Positions 23,299 to 31,180 of a stretch of 64,000 bases of DNA are shown in pieces. The position numbers were made by a program, and so were the translations under genes. Position 1 is the first letter of the stretch. The number at the start of each line of letters is the position of its first letter. The notes beneath the pieces are model-generated. The model had not been told where the DNA came from. It ran no database searches and saw only the letters and a program-made list of their open reading frames with translations. Source of the DNA: an uncultured Leifsonia sp. (GTDB taxonomy: Bacteria > Actinomycetota > Actinomycetes > Actinomycetales > Microbacteriaceae); assembly GCA_964655795.1 (NCBI GenBank), contig CAZZNX010000001.1, forward strand, positions 2,400-66,399, written 5' to 3'.

Positions 23299-23330
23299 CC
23301 GACTTTTGTCGGAAATCCGACAAATGTCGG
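23299..23330. promoter_or_regulatory. Two tandem palindromes, candidate TetR operators
   Basis: CCGACTTTTGTCGG (23299-23312) and CCGACAAATGTCGG (23317-23330) lie between the divergent SDR and tetR genes. Confidence 0.55.
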
Positions 23331-23373
23331 CAAACTAGCAGCGGGGCGACCGGATCGCTGCCAGACTGGGGGT

Positions 23374-23931
23374 ATGGACACCCGGGTCGAGCGCACACGC
23401 AGGAGCCTGCAGCAGGCGCTGCTCGAGCTCGCCCGCGAGAGCGCACTCGACGACATCACGATCGGCGACATCGCCCTGCGTGCCGGCGTGAACCGCAGCA
23501 GCTTCTACCAGCACTACTCCGACAAGGAGACCCTGCTGGCCGATGCCCTCGACGCCGCCGAGCTGGAGGCCGGAGCCCCCATCCCCGCCTTCACCGGCGC
23601 GCTGCCCTTCCACGCCCCAGCCGACTTCGTGGCCTATCTGGCGCACTTCGAGACGAATGCCGAGCTCTACCGGATCGTGCTCGGCGAGCGCGGCTCCTCC
23701 GTTGCGTCCGCCCGACTCCGGGCACGGTTCGCCAGCGTCGCCAGCGCCGGCGTGCTCAGGTCGGGATCCAGGGCGTTCGACGGCGTTCCCCTCGACGTGG
23801 TGGGTGCCGGCATCGCCGGGTCCGTGCTCGCCGTGATCGAGGCGTGGCTGTCCAGCGATCCGCGCCCATCGGTCGAGACCGCGGCCGAATGGATGTGGCG
23901 CGTGCTCGTCGGCCCCGGCCAGCTGGACTGA
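23374..23931 (+). CDS. TetR-family transcriptional regulator
   Basis: MDTRVERTRRSLQQALLELARESALDDITIGDIALRAGVNRSSFYQHYSDKETLL. Confidence 0.85.
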   Translation: MDTRVERTRRSLQQALLELARESALDDITIGDIALRAGVNRSSFYQHYSDKETLLADALDAAELEAGAPIPAFTGALPFHAPADFVAYLAHFETNAELYRIVLGERGSSVASARLRARFASVASAGVLRSGSRAFDGVPLDVVGAGIAGSVLAVIEAWLSSDPRPSVETAAEWMWRVLVGPGQLD

Positions 23932-23944
23932 ATCACCGGGCGGT

Positions 23945-24223
23945 TCACTCCGCGAATCGATGCTCGCCCTCGAAATCATTCACGAGCGACCCCGTGATTC
24001 CCCGCCAATCCGAACCGAAGTGCGAGAACGTCTCGTGCCCGACGAGATACCCGTTGTAGACGGGGTCGTGGTCGGCACCGTGCCGCGTGATCACCTCGAT
24101 CCACCCGTAGTGGGTGCCAGCGGCATCCGTGATCTGCCAGTGCCCCGACTCATCCTTGTCCAGCGTGAACTCGCGACCTCTGTGCTCGAGCTTCTCGTGC
24201 TTGCCTGGCTTCGCGTACGGCAT
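23945..24223 (-). CDS. Hypothetical small protein (92 aa)
   Basis: The ORF has coding-like composition (His/Gly/Asp/Glu rich, not Arg/Pro shadow-like). I recognise no family. Confidence 0.45.
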   Translation of the reverse strand: MPYAKPGKHEKLEHRGREFTLDKDESGHWQITDAAGTHYGWIEVITRHGADHDPVYNGYLVGHETFSHFGSDWRGITGSLVNDFEGEHRFAE

Positions 24224-24412
24224 GGCCTGCCCCTTTCTCGGCGGTCCAATGTGTTCCCACCAGACTGCGCCAGCTTCGGGGCGCGCGCAATCACTTCTGC
24301 GGCCACGCCTCGCGCCACACCGGAAGCACAGCCACGACTCGTTAGGCTTATCGGGCAGACCAGCATGAGCACGATACGACCGGCGACCAACCGATCCACA
24401 GGAAGTGAAGCT

Positions 24413-25678
24413 ATGAGCGACCTCGACATTTTCGACCGCATCGAATCAGAGGTGCGCGGTTACATCCGCTCCTTCCCCGTGGTCTTCGACTCCGCGCGCG
24501 GTTCGGTGCTCACCACGGCGGACGGGCGGGAGTACCTCGACTTCTTCGCCGGCGCCGGTGTGCTCAACTACGGCCACAACAACCCGATCTTCACGCAGGC
24601 CCTGATCGAGTACCTGCAGCGGGACGGCATCATCCACGGCCTCGACATGGCCACGAGCGCCAAGAAGGCGTTCCTCGAGGCCTTCGAGGCCCGCATCCTC
24701 GCGCCCCGCGGGCTCGACTACAAGATCCAGTTCACCGGGCCGACCGGCGCCAACGCCGTCGAGGCCGCGCTCAAGGTGGCCCGTCAGGCGACCGGCCGCA
24801 GCAACGTCGTCGCGTTCACCAACGGCTTCCACGGCCTGAGCATGGGCGCCCTCGCGGCGACCGGCAACAAGAAGTACCGGGACGCCGCCGGCACCTCGCT
24901 CGACAACGTGACCCGTCTGCCCTACGACGGCTACCTCGGAGCCGACATCGACACCCTCGATCTGTTCGAGAAGATGCTGGATGACACCGGCAGCGGTCTC
25001 GACCTGCCCGCCGCCGTCATCGTCGAGGCCGTGCAGGGCGAGGGCGGCATCAATGTGGCGAGCGCCGCGTGGCTGCAGCGCCTCCGCGCGATCACGCACG
25101 AGCGCGGCATCCTGCTCATCGTCGACGACATCCAGGCCGGAACCGGCCGCACCGGCGCATTCTTCAGCTTCGAGGATGCCGGCATCGTTCCGGACATCGT
25201 CACGGTGTCGAAGTCGATCTCGGCGTCCGGCCTGCCCATGTCGCTCGTGCTGATGCGGCGCGAGGTCGACGTCTGGCAGCCGGGTGCACACACCGGAACC
25301 TTCCGCGGCAACAACCTCGCCTTCATCACCGCGCGGGCCGCGCTCGACGCCTACTGGGCCGACACGGTGTTCACCGATGAGGTCACCCGCAAGTCGGAGC
25401 TGCTGCAGAGCGAGCTGCTGGCCATCGCCGCCGAGAACCCCGAGATCGACTTCGAGGTGCGCGGTCGTGGCCTGATGTACGGCATCGCCGCGCCGGCACA
25501 CCCCGAGCTCGCCGGCGCGGTCTCCGCAGCCGCTTTCGAGCGCGGACTCGTGATCGAGACCTCCGGCGCCCGCGACGAGGTGCTGAAGTTCCTGCCGGCA
25601 CTCACCATCAGCGATGACGAGCTGCTGCGCGGCCTGGCCATCGTGCGCGAGAGCCTCGCGGCGGTGCGCGCCCGCTAG
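24413..25678 (+). CDS. Diaminobutyrate--2-oxoglutarate aminotransferase (EctB/Dat-like, class III PLP)
   Basis: MSDLDIFDRIESEVRGYIRSFPVVFDSARG..., YLDFFAGAGVLNYGHNNP, IVDDIQAGTGRTG and PLP-Lys region VTVSKSIS. ATG 24413 follows GGAAGTGAAG. Confidence 0.88.
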   Translation: MSDLDIFDRIESEVRGYIRSFPVVFDSARGSVLTTADGREYLDFFAGAGVLNYGHNNPIFTQALIEYLQRDGIIHGLDMATSAKKAFLEAFEARILAPRGLDYKIQFTGPTGANAVEAALKVARQATGRSNVVAFTNGFHGLSMGALAATGNKKYRDAAGTSLDNVTRLPYDGYLGADIDTLDLFEKMLDDTGSGLDLPAAVIVEAVQGEGGINVASAAWLQRLRAITHERGILLIVDDIQAGTGRTGAFFSFEDAGIVPDIVTVSKSISASGLPMSLVLMRREVDVWQPGAHTGTFRGNNLAFITARAALDAYWADTVFTDEVTRKSELLQSELLAIAAENPEIDFEVRGRGLMYGIAAPAHPELAGAVSAAAFERGLVIETSGARDEVLKFLPALTISDDELLRGLAIVRESLAAVRAR

Positions 25679-26322
25679 TCGCGGTGCAGCACCGCGCCGA
25701 GTTCGGCGATGGCGGTGTGGAAGCTCTGCTCGGAGATCTGCAGCTCGCCGTCGGCGCTGGCCCACTCCTCGATCAGGACCTCGGCGGCGGTGCCGGCGAT
25801 GCCGACGAGCAGCAGCGCCTCGCGCTGCACGGCGATGTCCGGCAGCGCACGTCGCTCCGGTCGCGCGCCCAGCCATTCGACGGTCAACGCGAGCAGCGCG
25901 GTGCGCAGGTCCCCGAGCGTAGCGTGCTGCAGCCTGGCGGCGTCCGGCTGCTCGATCGCGAGGCGCCGGCGGCCGGCGGCAACGGGGGCATTGACTCCGC
26001 TGTGCCCGATCGAGGCCACGGTGATGCGCAGCAGGCCGAGTGGAACGTTGCTCTCTGCGCCGTCCAGCAGCGCGAACGCCAGCTCGCGCGGCACAAGCGC
26101 GATCGGCCGGCCCATGATCGCAGCGTCGCGGTTGGGCATGTAGTTGAAGAAGGTGCTGCGTGAGATCTTGGCCCGCTCGCAGATCTCGGCGACGGTGACC
26201 TCGGCGAAGCCCTTCTCGATGGCCAGTTCGACCGCCGCGAGTTCGATCGCGTTCTCGGTCGCTCGCCGCTTGCGCTCCCTGAGCCCTTCCGGGCGTGCGG
26301 CAGGAGGCTGTTGCATTGACAT
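25675..26322 (-). CDS. TetR-family transcriptional regulator
   Basis: RKRRATENAIELAAVELAIEKGFAEVTVAEICERAKISRSTFFNYMPNRD. Confidence 0.85.
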   Translation of the reverse strand: MSMQQPPAARPEGLRERKRRATENAIELAAVELAIEKGFAEVTVAEICERAKISRSTFFNYMPNRDAAIMGRPIALVPRELAFALLDGAESNVPLGLLRITVASIGHSGVNAPVAAGRRRLAIEQPDAARLQHATLGDLRTALLALTVEWLGARPERRALPDIAVQREALLLVGIAGTAAEVLIEEWASADGELQISEQSFHTAIAELGAVLHRD

Positions 26323-26509
26323 AGCTTCATCTTCTCAGCATCCGGGGCACCCGTCACGACGGCGGGCCGCAAAAGTGACGCAAAATCATGTAGTTGGCAC
26401 GGGCTGTCAAGCCCCTTGATGGGTCGGTGCGACGTTGTGAGGCTCGAAGGAGAGCAACGATCGTCGATGCGCATTCGGGCGCACTCGACGTCAATGGGAG
26501 GAGTCGGCG

Positions 26510-26689
26510 ATGGCCGAGGACAACAAGATCAAGAACGCTGCCGAAGAAACCGTTGGCAAGGTGAAGGAGGGGGTCGGAGAGGCAACCGGCAATGAGTCGC
26601 TGGCCAACGAGGGCCGGGTGGATCAAGCCAAGGCCAACGTCAAGCAGGCCGGCGAGAAGATCAAGGATGCCGTGACGGACGACGACTGA
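26510..26689 (+). CDS. CsbD-family stress-response protein (59 aa, not in the ORF track)
   Basis: My own translation gives MAEDNKIKNAAEETVGKVKEGVGEATGNESLANEGRVDQAKANVKQAGEKIKDAVTDDD. GGGAGGAG sits 7 nt upstream and a strong terminator follows. Confidence 0.8.
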   Translation: MAEDNKIKNAAEETVGKVKEGVGEATGNESLANEGRVDQAKANVKQAGEKIKDAVTDDD

Positions 26690-26706
26690 GTCGATTCCGC
26701 TGCATC

Positions 26707-26740
26707 CACAGGCGCCCTGCCTTCCGGCAGGGCGCCTGTG
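26707..26740. terminator. Bidirectional hairpin terminator between csbD and the convergent SDR gene
   Basis: CACAGGCGCCCTGCC-ttcc-GGCAGGGCGCCTGTG, a perfect 15-bp stem with a 4-nt loop. Confidence 0.7.
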
Positions 26741-26783
26741 CCTGTCCTCAATGGGCCCTAACCTTCTCCTGATCTGGTCGCTG

Positions 26784-27680
26784 CTACGGGGTGGGGATTC
26801 CACCATTGGCGTTCAGCGTCTCGCCGAGCACGTAGCTCGACTCCGCCGACGCCAGGAAGACATATGCCGGCGCCATCTCCGCTGGCTGGGCGGCGCGGCC
26901 GAGCGGGGTGTTCTTCCCGAACTTCACGATCTTTTCCGGCGGCTGGCCATCGGTCACCTGCAGCACGGTCCACACCGGCCCCGGCGCCACGGCATTCACG
27001 CGGATTCCGCGTTCGGCCAACTGGCCGGCGAGCGCTTTGGTGAATGCGTTGATCGCGGCCTTGGTTGTCGCGTAGTCGATGAGGATCGGAGAGGGCTTGT
27101 ACGCCTGAACCGAGGTCGAGTTGATGATGGCCGCCCCGGCGGGCAGGTACTTCAGCGCCGCCTTGGATATCCAGAATGTCGCGTAGACGTTGGTGCGCAT
27201 GGTCTCGTCGAAGGCTTGATCCGAGAGTTGTTCCAGCTGCTCGCAGTAGACCTGTTTCCCGGCATTGTTCACCACGATGTCGAGCCCGCCGAGTCCGGCC
27301 GCGGCCGCATCGACGAGCCGCGTGCACTCCTCCGAGATCGAGACATCGACCGGGAGGAGCAGCGCGATTCGCCCGGCGAGCCGCACGAGCTCCGCGATGC
27401 GTTCGGCGTCGCTCTGCTCGCTCGGCAGGTACGCGAGGGCGACATCCGCACCCTCCCGGGCGAACGCAATGGCGACGGCGGCGCCGATGCCCGAGTCGGC
27501 CCCGGTGATGAGGGCGCGCCGGCCTGCAAGCCGTTCGGTGCCCCGATAGCTCGACTCCCCGAGATCCGGCGTCGGGACGAGTTCGCTGTCCAGCCCGGGC
27601 TCGTCCTGATGCTGAACGGGCGGCGAGATGCTCTCGTAGCGGGTTCTGGGATTGTCGAAGGTGTACTGGTCTCTGGGCAT
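26784..27680 (-). CDS. SDR oxidoreductase of the YdaD/YhxC 'general stress protein 39' type
   Basis: N-terminal PPVQHQDEPGLDSELVPTPD, then RALITGADSGIGAAVA, NNAG, DYATTKAAI and IRVNAVAPGPVWT. Confidence 0.88.
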   Translation of the reverse strand: MPRDQYTFDNPRTRYESISPPVQHQDEPGLDSELVPTPDLGESSYRGTERLAGRRALITGADSGIGAAVAIAFAREGADVALAYLPSEQSDAERIAELVRLAGRIALLLPVDVSISEECTRLVDAAAAGLGGLDIVVNNAGKQVYCEQLEQLSDQAFDETMRTNVYATFWISKAALKYLPAGAAIINSTSVQAYKPSPILIDYATTKAAINAFTKALAGQLAERGIRVNAVAPGPVWTVLQVTDGQPPEKIVKFGKNTPLGRAAQPAEMAPAYVFLASAESSYVLGETLNANGGIPTP

Positions 27681-27746
27681 CGTGATCCTCTCTCGGCGCC
27701 GAGCCTAAGAGCGGCCGGGCAGGGCATGCAGGGGCTTGACAACCAC

Positions 27747-28268
27747 TCACTCGCCGTCGGATTCCGCATGCTCGGCACGGTCGGCGGCACGCACACGCAC
27801 CGGTACGACCACCCAGACGGCGATGAGAACAATGGCGATCACCGCGGCGGCCGCGATGCCCCAGAAACGGCCGAGCACGAAGTCGAAGATGAGCATTCCG
27901 ATGCCGACGACGGTGATGGCAACGCCGATGAGCGTCAGCTGGGCGAAGCGGTCGGCCCGGGCGAGCACCTTGTCTTTCGCCCGCTTCCTGAAGAGGTAGC
28001 GGTGCAGGCTCACGGGCGCGAGACTGACAATCGTCGTCATGATCGATGTCACGACGAGCAGAAGGTAGGTGACGAGCTGGAACGTGTCCAGCTCCTCGAA
28101 CCGCGACTGGAACACGGCGGTCAGCAGGAAACCGGTGATGATCTGCGTTCCGGTCTGCACGACCCGGAGCTCCTGGAGCAGCTCGTTCCAGTTTCGGTCG
28201 AGCCGTTCCTTCTCGCTCTCCCCTGATCCGGCGGCATCCGCGGCCCTGGCCTCGGACGACTCGCTCAT
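27747..28268 (-). CDS. DUF6328-family membrane protein
   Basis: ERLDRNWNELLQELRVVQTGTQIITGFLLTAVFQSRF followed by 3-4 TM segments. Confidence 0.7.
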   Translation of the reverse strand: MSESSEARAADAAGSGESEKERLDRNWNELLQELRVVQTGTQIITGFLLTAVFQSRFEELDTFQLVTYLLLVVTSIMTTIVSLAPVSLHRYLFRKRAKDKVLARADRFAQLTLIGVAITVVGIGMLIFDFVLGRFWGIAAAAVIAIVLIAVWVVVPVRVRAADRAEHAESDGE

Positions 28269-28316
28269 CTGACCTCCCCTGGGGCTGAGCGCGCCACATC
28301 GGTGCGCCCGTGCCGA

Positions 28317-28481
28317 CTATGCCGGCGGGTTGTCGGGGTCGACCGTCTCGATTGTGTCCTGCTCGACCTCGTTGTCGGCGTCGAGCTGATTGATCTCGGC
28401 ACCCTCACGTTCCTCCGTGTCACGTCTGCGTGACTCGGACTGCTCGGCCGCCTGCTGCGACCGGGCGCGCTCATCACTCAC
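28317..28481 (-). CDS. Candidate small acidic protein (54 aa, not in the ORF track)
   Basis: My own translation gives VSDERARSQQAAEQSESRRRDTEEREGAEINQLDADNEVEQDTIETVDPDNPPA. The GTG overlaps the upstream stop (GTGA). Codon usage (GAG/GAC/GCC) looks better than the Arg-rich track frame 28265-28477. Confidence 0.4.
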   Translation of the reverse strand: MSDERARSQQAAEQSESRRRDTEEREGAEINQLDADNEVEQDTIETVDPDNPPA

Positions 28482-29023
28482 GATGCTGCTCCCTCACTCG
28501 ATTCGCGGCCCGTTTCGCCCGGGGTACCCGGCACCGTTCCGCTACCCACTCTCTGCAGCAGCGTCTTGAGCTCGCCGTGGGCGCGCCGCGCATCCGCGAG
28601 CAGACCCTCCACCTTCACCCTGGCCATCGGGTGCACATCCCCGGGCAGGGCGTCGAAGAGGATGGTGTACGCCGCAAGCCTGACGCCGTCGAGCATCATC
28701 GCGGATGCCACGGCGGCGGCCTCGCGCAGTTCGGGTGCGCATTTGCCGAGGAACGCCGATTCCGACCGCACCAGCGCGCTCGATGCCGGTGACGGATACT
28801 GCGCCGGCGCAAGGTCCAGCATCTCGAACAAGCCGTTGAGTTCCGCAATCTGGTGGCGGGTTTGCGCCGTGCGGAACTCGAAGAAGTCCTCGACGTCATC
28901 GGAGCGGGCGGAGTCGATCAGCAGGGGCAGCATTCCAAGCCAGTCATGCTCCATCGTGAGTGTGGCGCCCAGCCGGTATCCGTACACGTCGCGCGGGCTC
29001 TCAAAACGCTCGAACATCATCAT
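28478..29023 (-). CDS. Ferritin-like DUF892 (YciE/YciF-type) stress protein
   Basis: 181 aa. FEFRTAQTRHQIAELNGLFEMLDLAP matches the H..eT..qi..L..vFe.lg pattern of DUF892. Confidence 0.7.
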   Translation of the reverse strand: MMMFERFESPRDVYGYRLGATLTMEHDWLGMLPLLIDSARSDDVEDFFEFRTAQTRHQIAELNGLFEMLDLAPAQYPSPASSALVRSESAFLGKCAPELREAAAVASAMMLDGVRLAAYTILFDALPGDVHPMARVKVEGLLADARRAHGELKTLLQRVGSGTVPGTPGETGRESSEGAAS

Positions 29024-29427
29024 CCACCCCGATTCTCTCGCTCATCGCCCGAGCCACGGCGGCTCGGCCATTGCCCTATCGCCGCGGAGTACGGGCGGCC
29101 CCTCCGATGGGACGCATGATTCGAGGGGGCCGCCGCACGGGAGCCGACACCGAAATGCCCACCGGAAACCCGGCCACGCTTCCTCGCCTCGGAAATGGCG
29201 GCACCGAGGCGTGACAGCACGCTACCGGGGGGCCCGGGCCGGAGCGAGGGGGTTGACAGCCGAAATTCTCCGTGTGCGCAACGCCGCCAGCGCGATCGAC
29301 GTGCCGGTGCCGCGCGCCGGTGCCGTGCGGCTACCACAAGCGCGCGCGGGGGTTCAAGCCCGTGCCGCTCCCGCCTCCTCAGAATTAGCGTGGAACTGTC
29401 TGGCCACGGGAGGGCAGTGTCTGGAGA

Positions 29428-29886
29428 ATGATGAAGAGCCGGGTGTCGACGACCATCGACGTGGATGCCAGCGTCGAGAACACCGTCGAGTTCTGGCGGC
29501 GTGCCGGCGCGGCCGATGGCGCGAGCCTTCCGCCCACCGTCGAGATGGTGTCGACTCAGTGGACCGTGTTGGTCAACGGCGTCCCGAGCACTCGCGAGGT
29601 TTCTGGCGCTGCCGCCGAGCTCTCCCGCGTGATCCCGCTCTCGAGTATGGATGGCGACGCAGCTCGAGGCGAGGTGACATTCGATGCGTTGGGAGAGCAG
29701 CGCACGAGAGTCGCGATCTCGGTGGAGTGGCAACGCGAAGACTCGGCCGAGAGCTACGTTCCGCTGGTTCTGCTCGACGGCATTCAGGTGAATTCCGACC
29801 TCAGGGACTTCAAACGCCAGGTGGAGCGGGGGGTGCGCAGTTCGCGAGAGTGGAAGGCGACCGTCGACAAGTTTGAGGCCTTCTAG
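29428..29886 (+). CDS. SRPBCC (cyclase/dehydrase-like) family protein
   Basis: 152 aa starting MMKSRVSTTIDVDASVENTVEFW. The assignment rests on pattern only and is moderate. Confidence 0.6.
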   Translation: MMKSRVSTTIDVDASVENTVEFWRRAGAADGASLPPTVEMVSTQWTVLVNGVPSTREVSGAAAELSRVIPLSSMDGDAARGEVTFDALGEQRTRVAISVEWQREDSAESYVPLVLLDGIQVNSDLRDFKRQVERGVRSSREWKATVDKFEAF

Positions 29887-30206
29887 GCGTGCTGTCGCAC
29901 GTAGTCCTCTGCGGCGTCCTCATCGATCACGAGCATGCCGCTTTCGCCCATCGCCGACAGTTCCATGGCATGAATCCACACCCGGTTGATGTCGCCTGGC
30001 GTGGTGCTCCGAAAGCGGAACTGCAGCGGAATTGACGGAGAGAGCCAGATCGCGATTCGCCCGGAGCCCTTCGCGCTCGGAACCGTCCAGCCGAGATAGA
30101 ACGACTCCTTGCGGCGCAGCTTGGCCCCGACCACGATCTTCACGTGGGAGAGCACCCGGTCGTCGAAGTCGAAAGGCGGCGAGACTGCGTAAACGAATTG
30201 CCCCAT
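29883..30206 (-). CDS. Uncharacterised small protein, paralogue 1 of 3 (107 aa)
   Basis: MGQFVYAVSPPFDFDDRVLSHVKIVVGAKLRRKESFYLGW...GRIAIWLSPSIPLQFRF... aligns without gaps to the two neighbouring ORFs. Confidence 0.75.
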   Translation of the reverse strand: MGQFVYAVSPPFDFDDRVLSHVKIVVGAKLRRKESFYLGWTVPSAKGSGRIAIWLSPSIPLQFRFRSTTPGDINRVWIHAMELSAMGESGMLVIDEDAAEDYVRQHA

Positions 30207-30272
30207 GATCCCAGCATGCGCCCGCGGTGTGCAGAACACCAGCGCCTGCGGAGATGTGAGGGGCCGCGCATC

Positions 30273-30307
30273 TTGCGAAGTCCATCCGGCTATCGCATGC
30301 TGTGTGC
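30273..30307 (+). promoter_or_regulatory. Predicted promoter of paralogue 2 giving a leaderless mRNA
   Basis: TTGCGA (30273-30278), 17 nt, CATGCT (30296-30301), 6 nt, ATG 30308. Confidence 0.45.
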
Positions 30308-30643
30308 ATGGGCGAACTGATCTATGGCGCAGAGACGTCATACCCGATGGAGGACCGCACGCTTTCCCATGTGAAGGCTGCGGTCGGCGGCAAGCTCAGG
30401 CGCCAGGAATCCTTCTACCTGAGCTGGATCGTGCCGGCCTCGAGCGGGTCAGGGCGGGTGAGCCTGTGGCTGTCTCCGGCGATTCCACTGCAGTTCCACT
30501 TCCTCGGCAACACCTCGCCGACGCTGAACCCCGTCTGGATTCGCGCGCTCGAGCTCACCTCGGTGAGCGACCGCGGCATGATCGTGCTGCCGGAGGCGGA
30601 GGCGGAGGCCTATGTGCGCGAGCACCCGAGCTCGCTCAGCTGA
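30308..30643 (+). CDS. Uncharacterised small protein, paralogue 2 of 3 (111 aa)
   Basis: MGELIYGAETSYPMEDRTLSHVKAAVGGKLRRQESFYLSW...GRVSLWLSPAIPLQFHF... I chose ATG 30308 to match the MG start of the paralogues. Confidence 0.75.
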   Translation: MGELIYGAETSYPMEDRTLSHVKAAVGGKLRRQESFYLSWIVPASSGSGRVSLWLSPAIPLQFHFLGNTSPTLNPVWIRALELTSVSDRGMIVLPEAEAEAYVREHPSSLS

Positions 30644-30681
30644 CTCCCGCAGCGCTCAGATGTCGCCCGCGCCGGAGCGGC

Positions 30682-30990
30682 TCAGGCGACCGCCACGACC
30701 GGCTCATCTTCGATGCGCAGGTCGCCGGAGGCATTCGCGCTCACCATCAGACTCGTCAGCCACTCGCGGTTGAGCTCATGGCGATCGGCGGTGTCGAACT
30801 CGAACTGGAGTGGAATCGAGGGATGAATCCAGAGCGAGATCCGGCTCGCTGGTTCGCCCGGCACCTGCAGGCACGACAGTGTGAAGGATTCCTGCCGTCG
30901 CAGCTTGGTCACGACCACCGATTTGACGTGGGCCAAGGTGCGATCGTCGACGGGGATCCGACGCTCTGCTCCGTAGACAATGGCTCCCAT
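30682..30990 (-). CDS. Uncharacterised small protein, paralogue 3 of 3 (102 aa)
   Basis: MGAIVYGAERRIPVDDRTLAHVKSVVVTKLRRQESFTLSC...SRISLWIHPSIPLQFEF... Confidence 0.75.
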   Translation of the reverse strand: MGAIVYGAERRIPVDDRTLAHVKSVVVTKLRRQESFTLSCLQVPGEPASRISLWIHPSIPLQFEFDTADRHELNREWLTSLMVSANASGDLRIEDEPVVAVA

Positions 30991-31128
30991 TGTGCACTTC
31001 CCATTCAGCTCAACACCATGCCGCCTGGCATTGGAGAAGTCGAACAGCGGCCTCGCTCATTAGCTGATTGTCCCGCGGGGTCTGGGCTGGTCAACCTGAG
31101 CCAAGTGTACGCTCGTTCAGTTCTCTGA

Positions 31129-31150
31129 GCACTGCTCATTTGAGCAGTGC
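31129..31150 (-). terminator. Short hairpin downstream of ku
   Basis: GCACTGCTCA-tt-TGAGCAGTGC lies about 30 nt after the ku stop and has no U-tract. Confidence 0.4.
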
Positions 31151-31180
31151 GGCGGCTCTCTCTCGGACGGAACGGCCTGA

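Noticed and set aside
26402-26426. Possible SigB-type promoter GNNT-N15-GGGT(CG) upstream of csbD. Also a GGGCAA -10-like element upstream of the DUF892 gene and GGTTG-N17-GGGACA upstream of paralogue 3.
   Set aside because: The matches are to very degenerate consensus sequences with imperfect -10 elements. I cannot distinguish them from chance without start-site data or genome-wide motif statistics.
28265-28477. 70-aa track ORF MMSAPGRSRRPSSPSHADV...
   Set aside because: The product is Arg/Ser/Thr/Pro-rich and shadow-like. The alternative frame (28317-28481) has better codon usage and start-stop coupling, though neither frame is proven.
29345-29375. tRNA-like T-arm string GGGGGTTCAAGCCCGTGCCGCTCCCGCC, a possible tRNA or integration-site relic.
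   Set aside because: The T-stem pairing is poor in the canonical register. There is no acceptor stem, anticodon arm or CCA context, and no integrase or direct repeat nearby.
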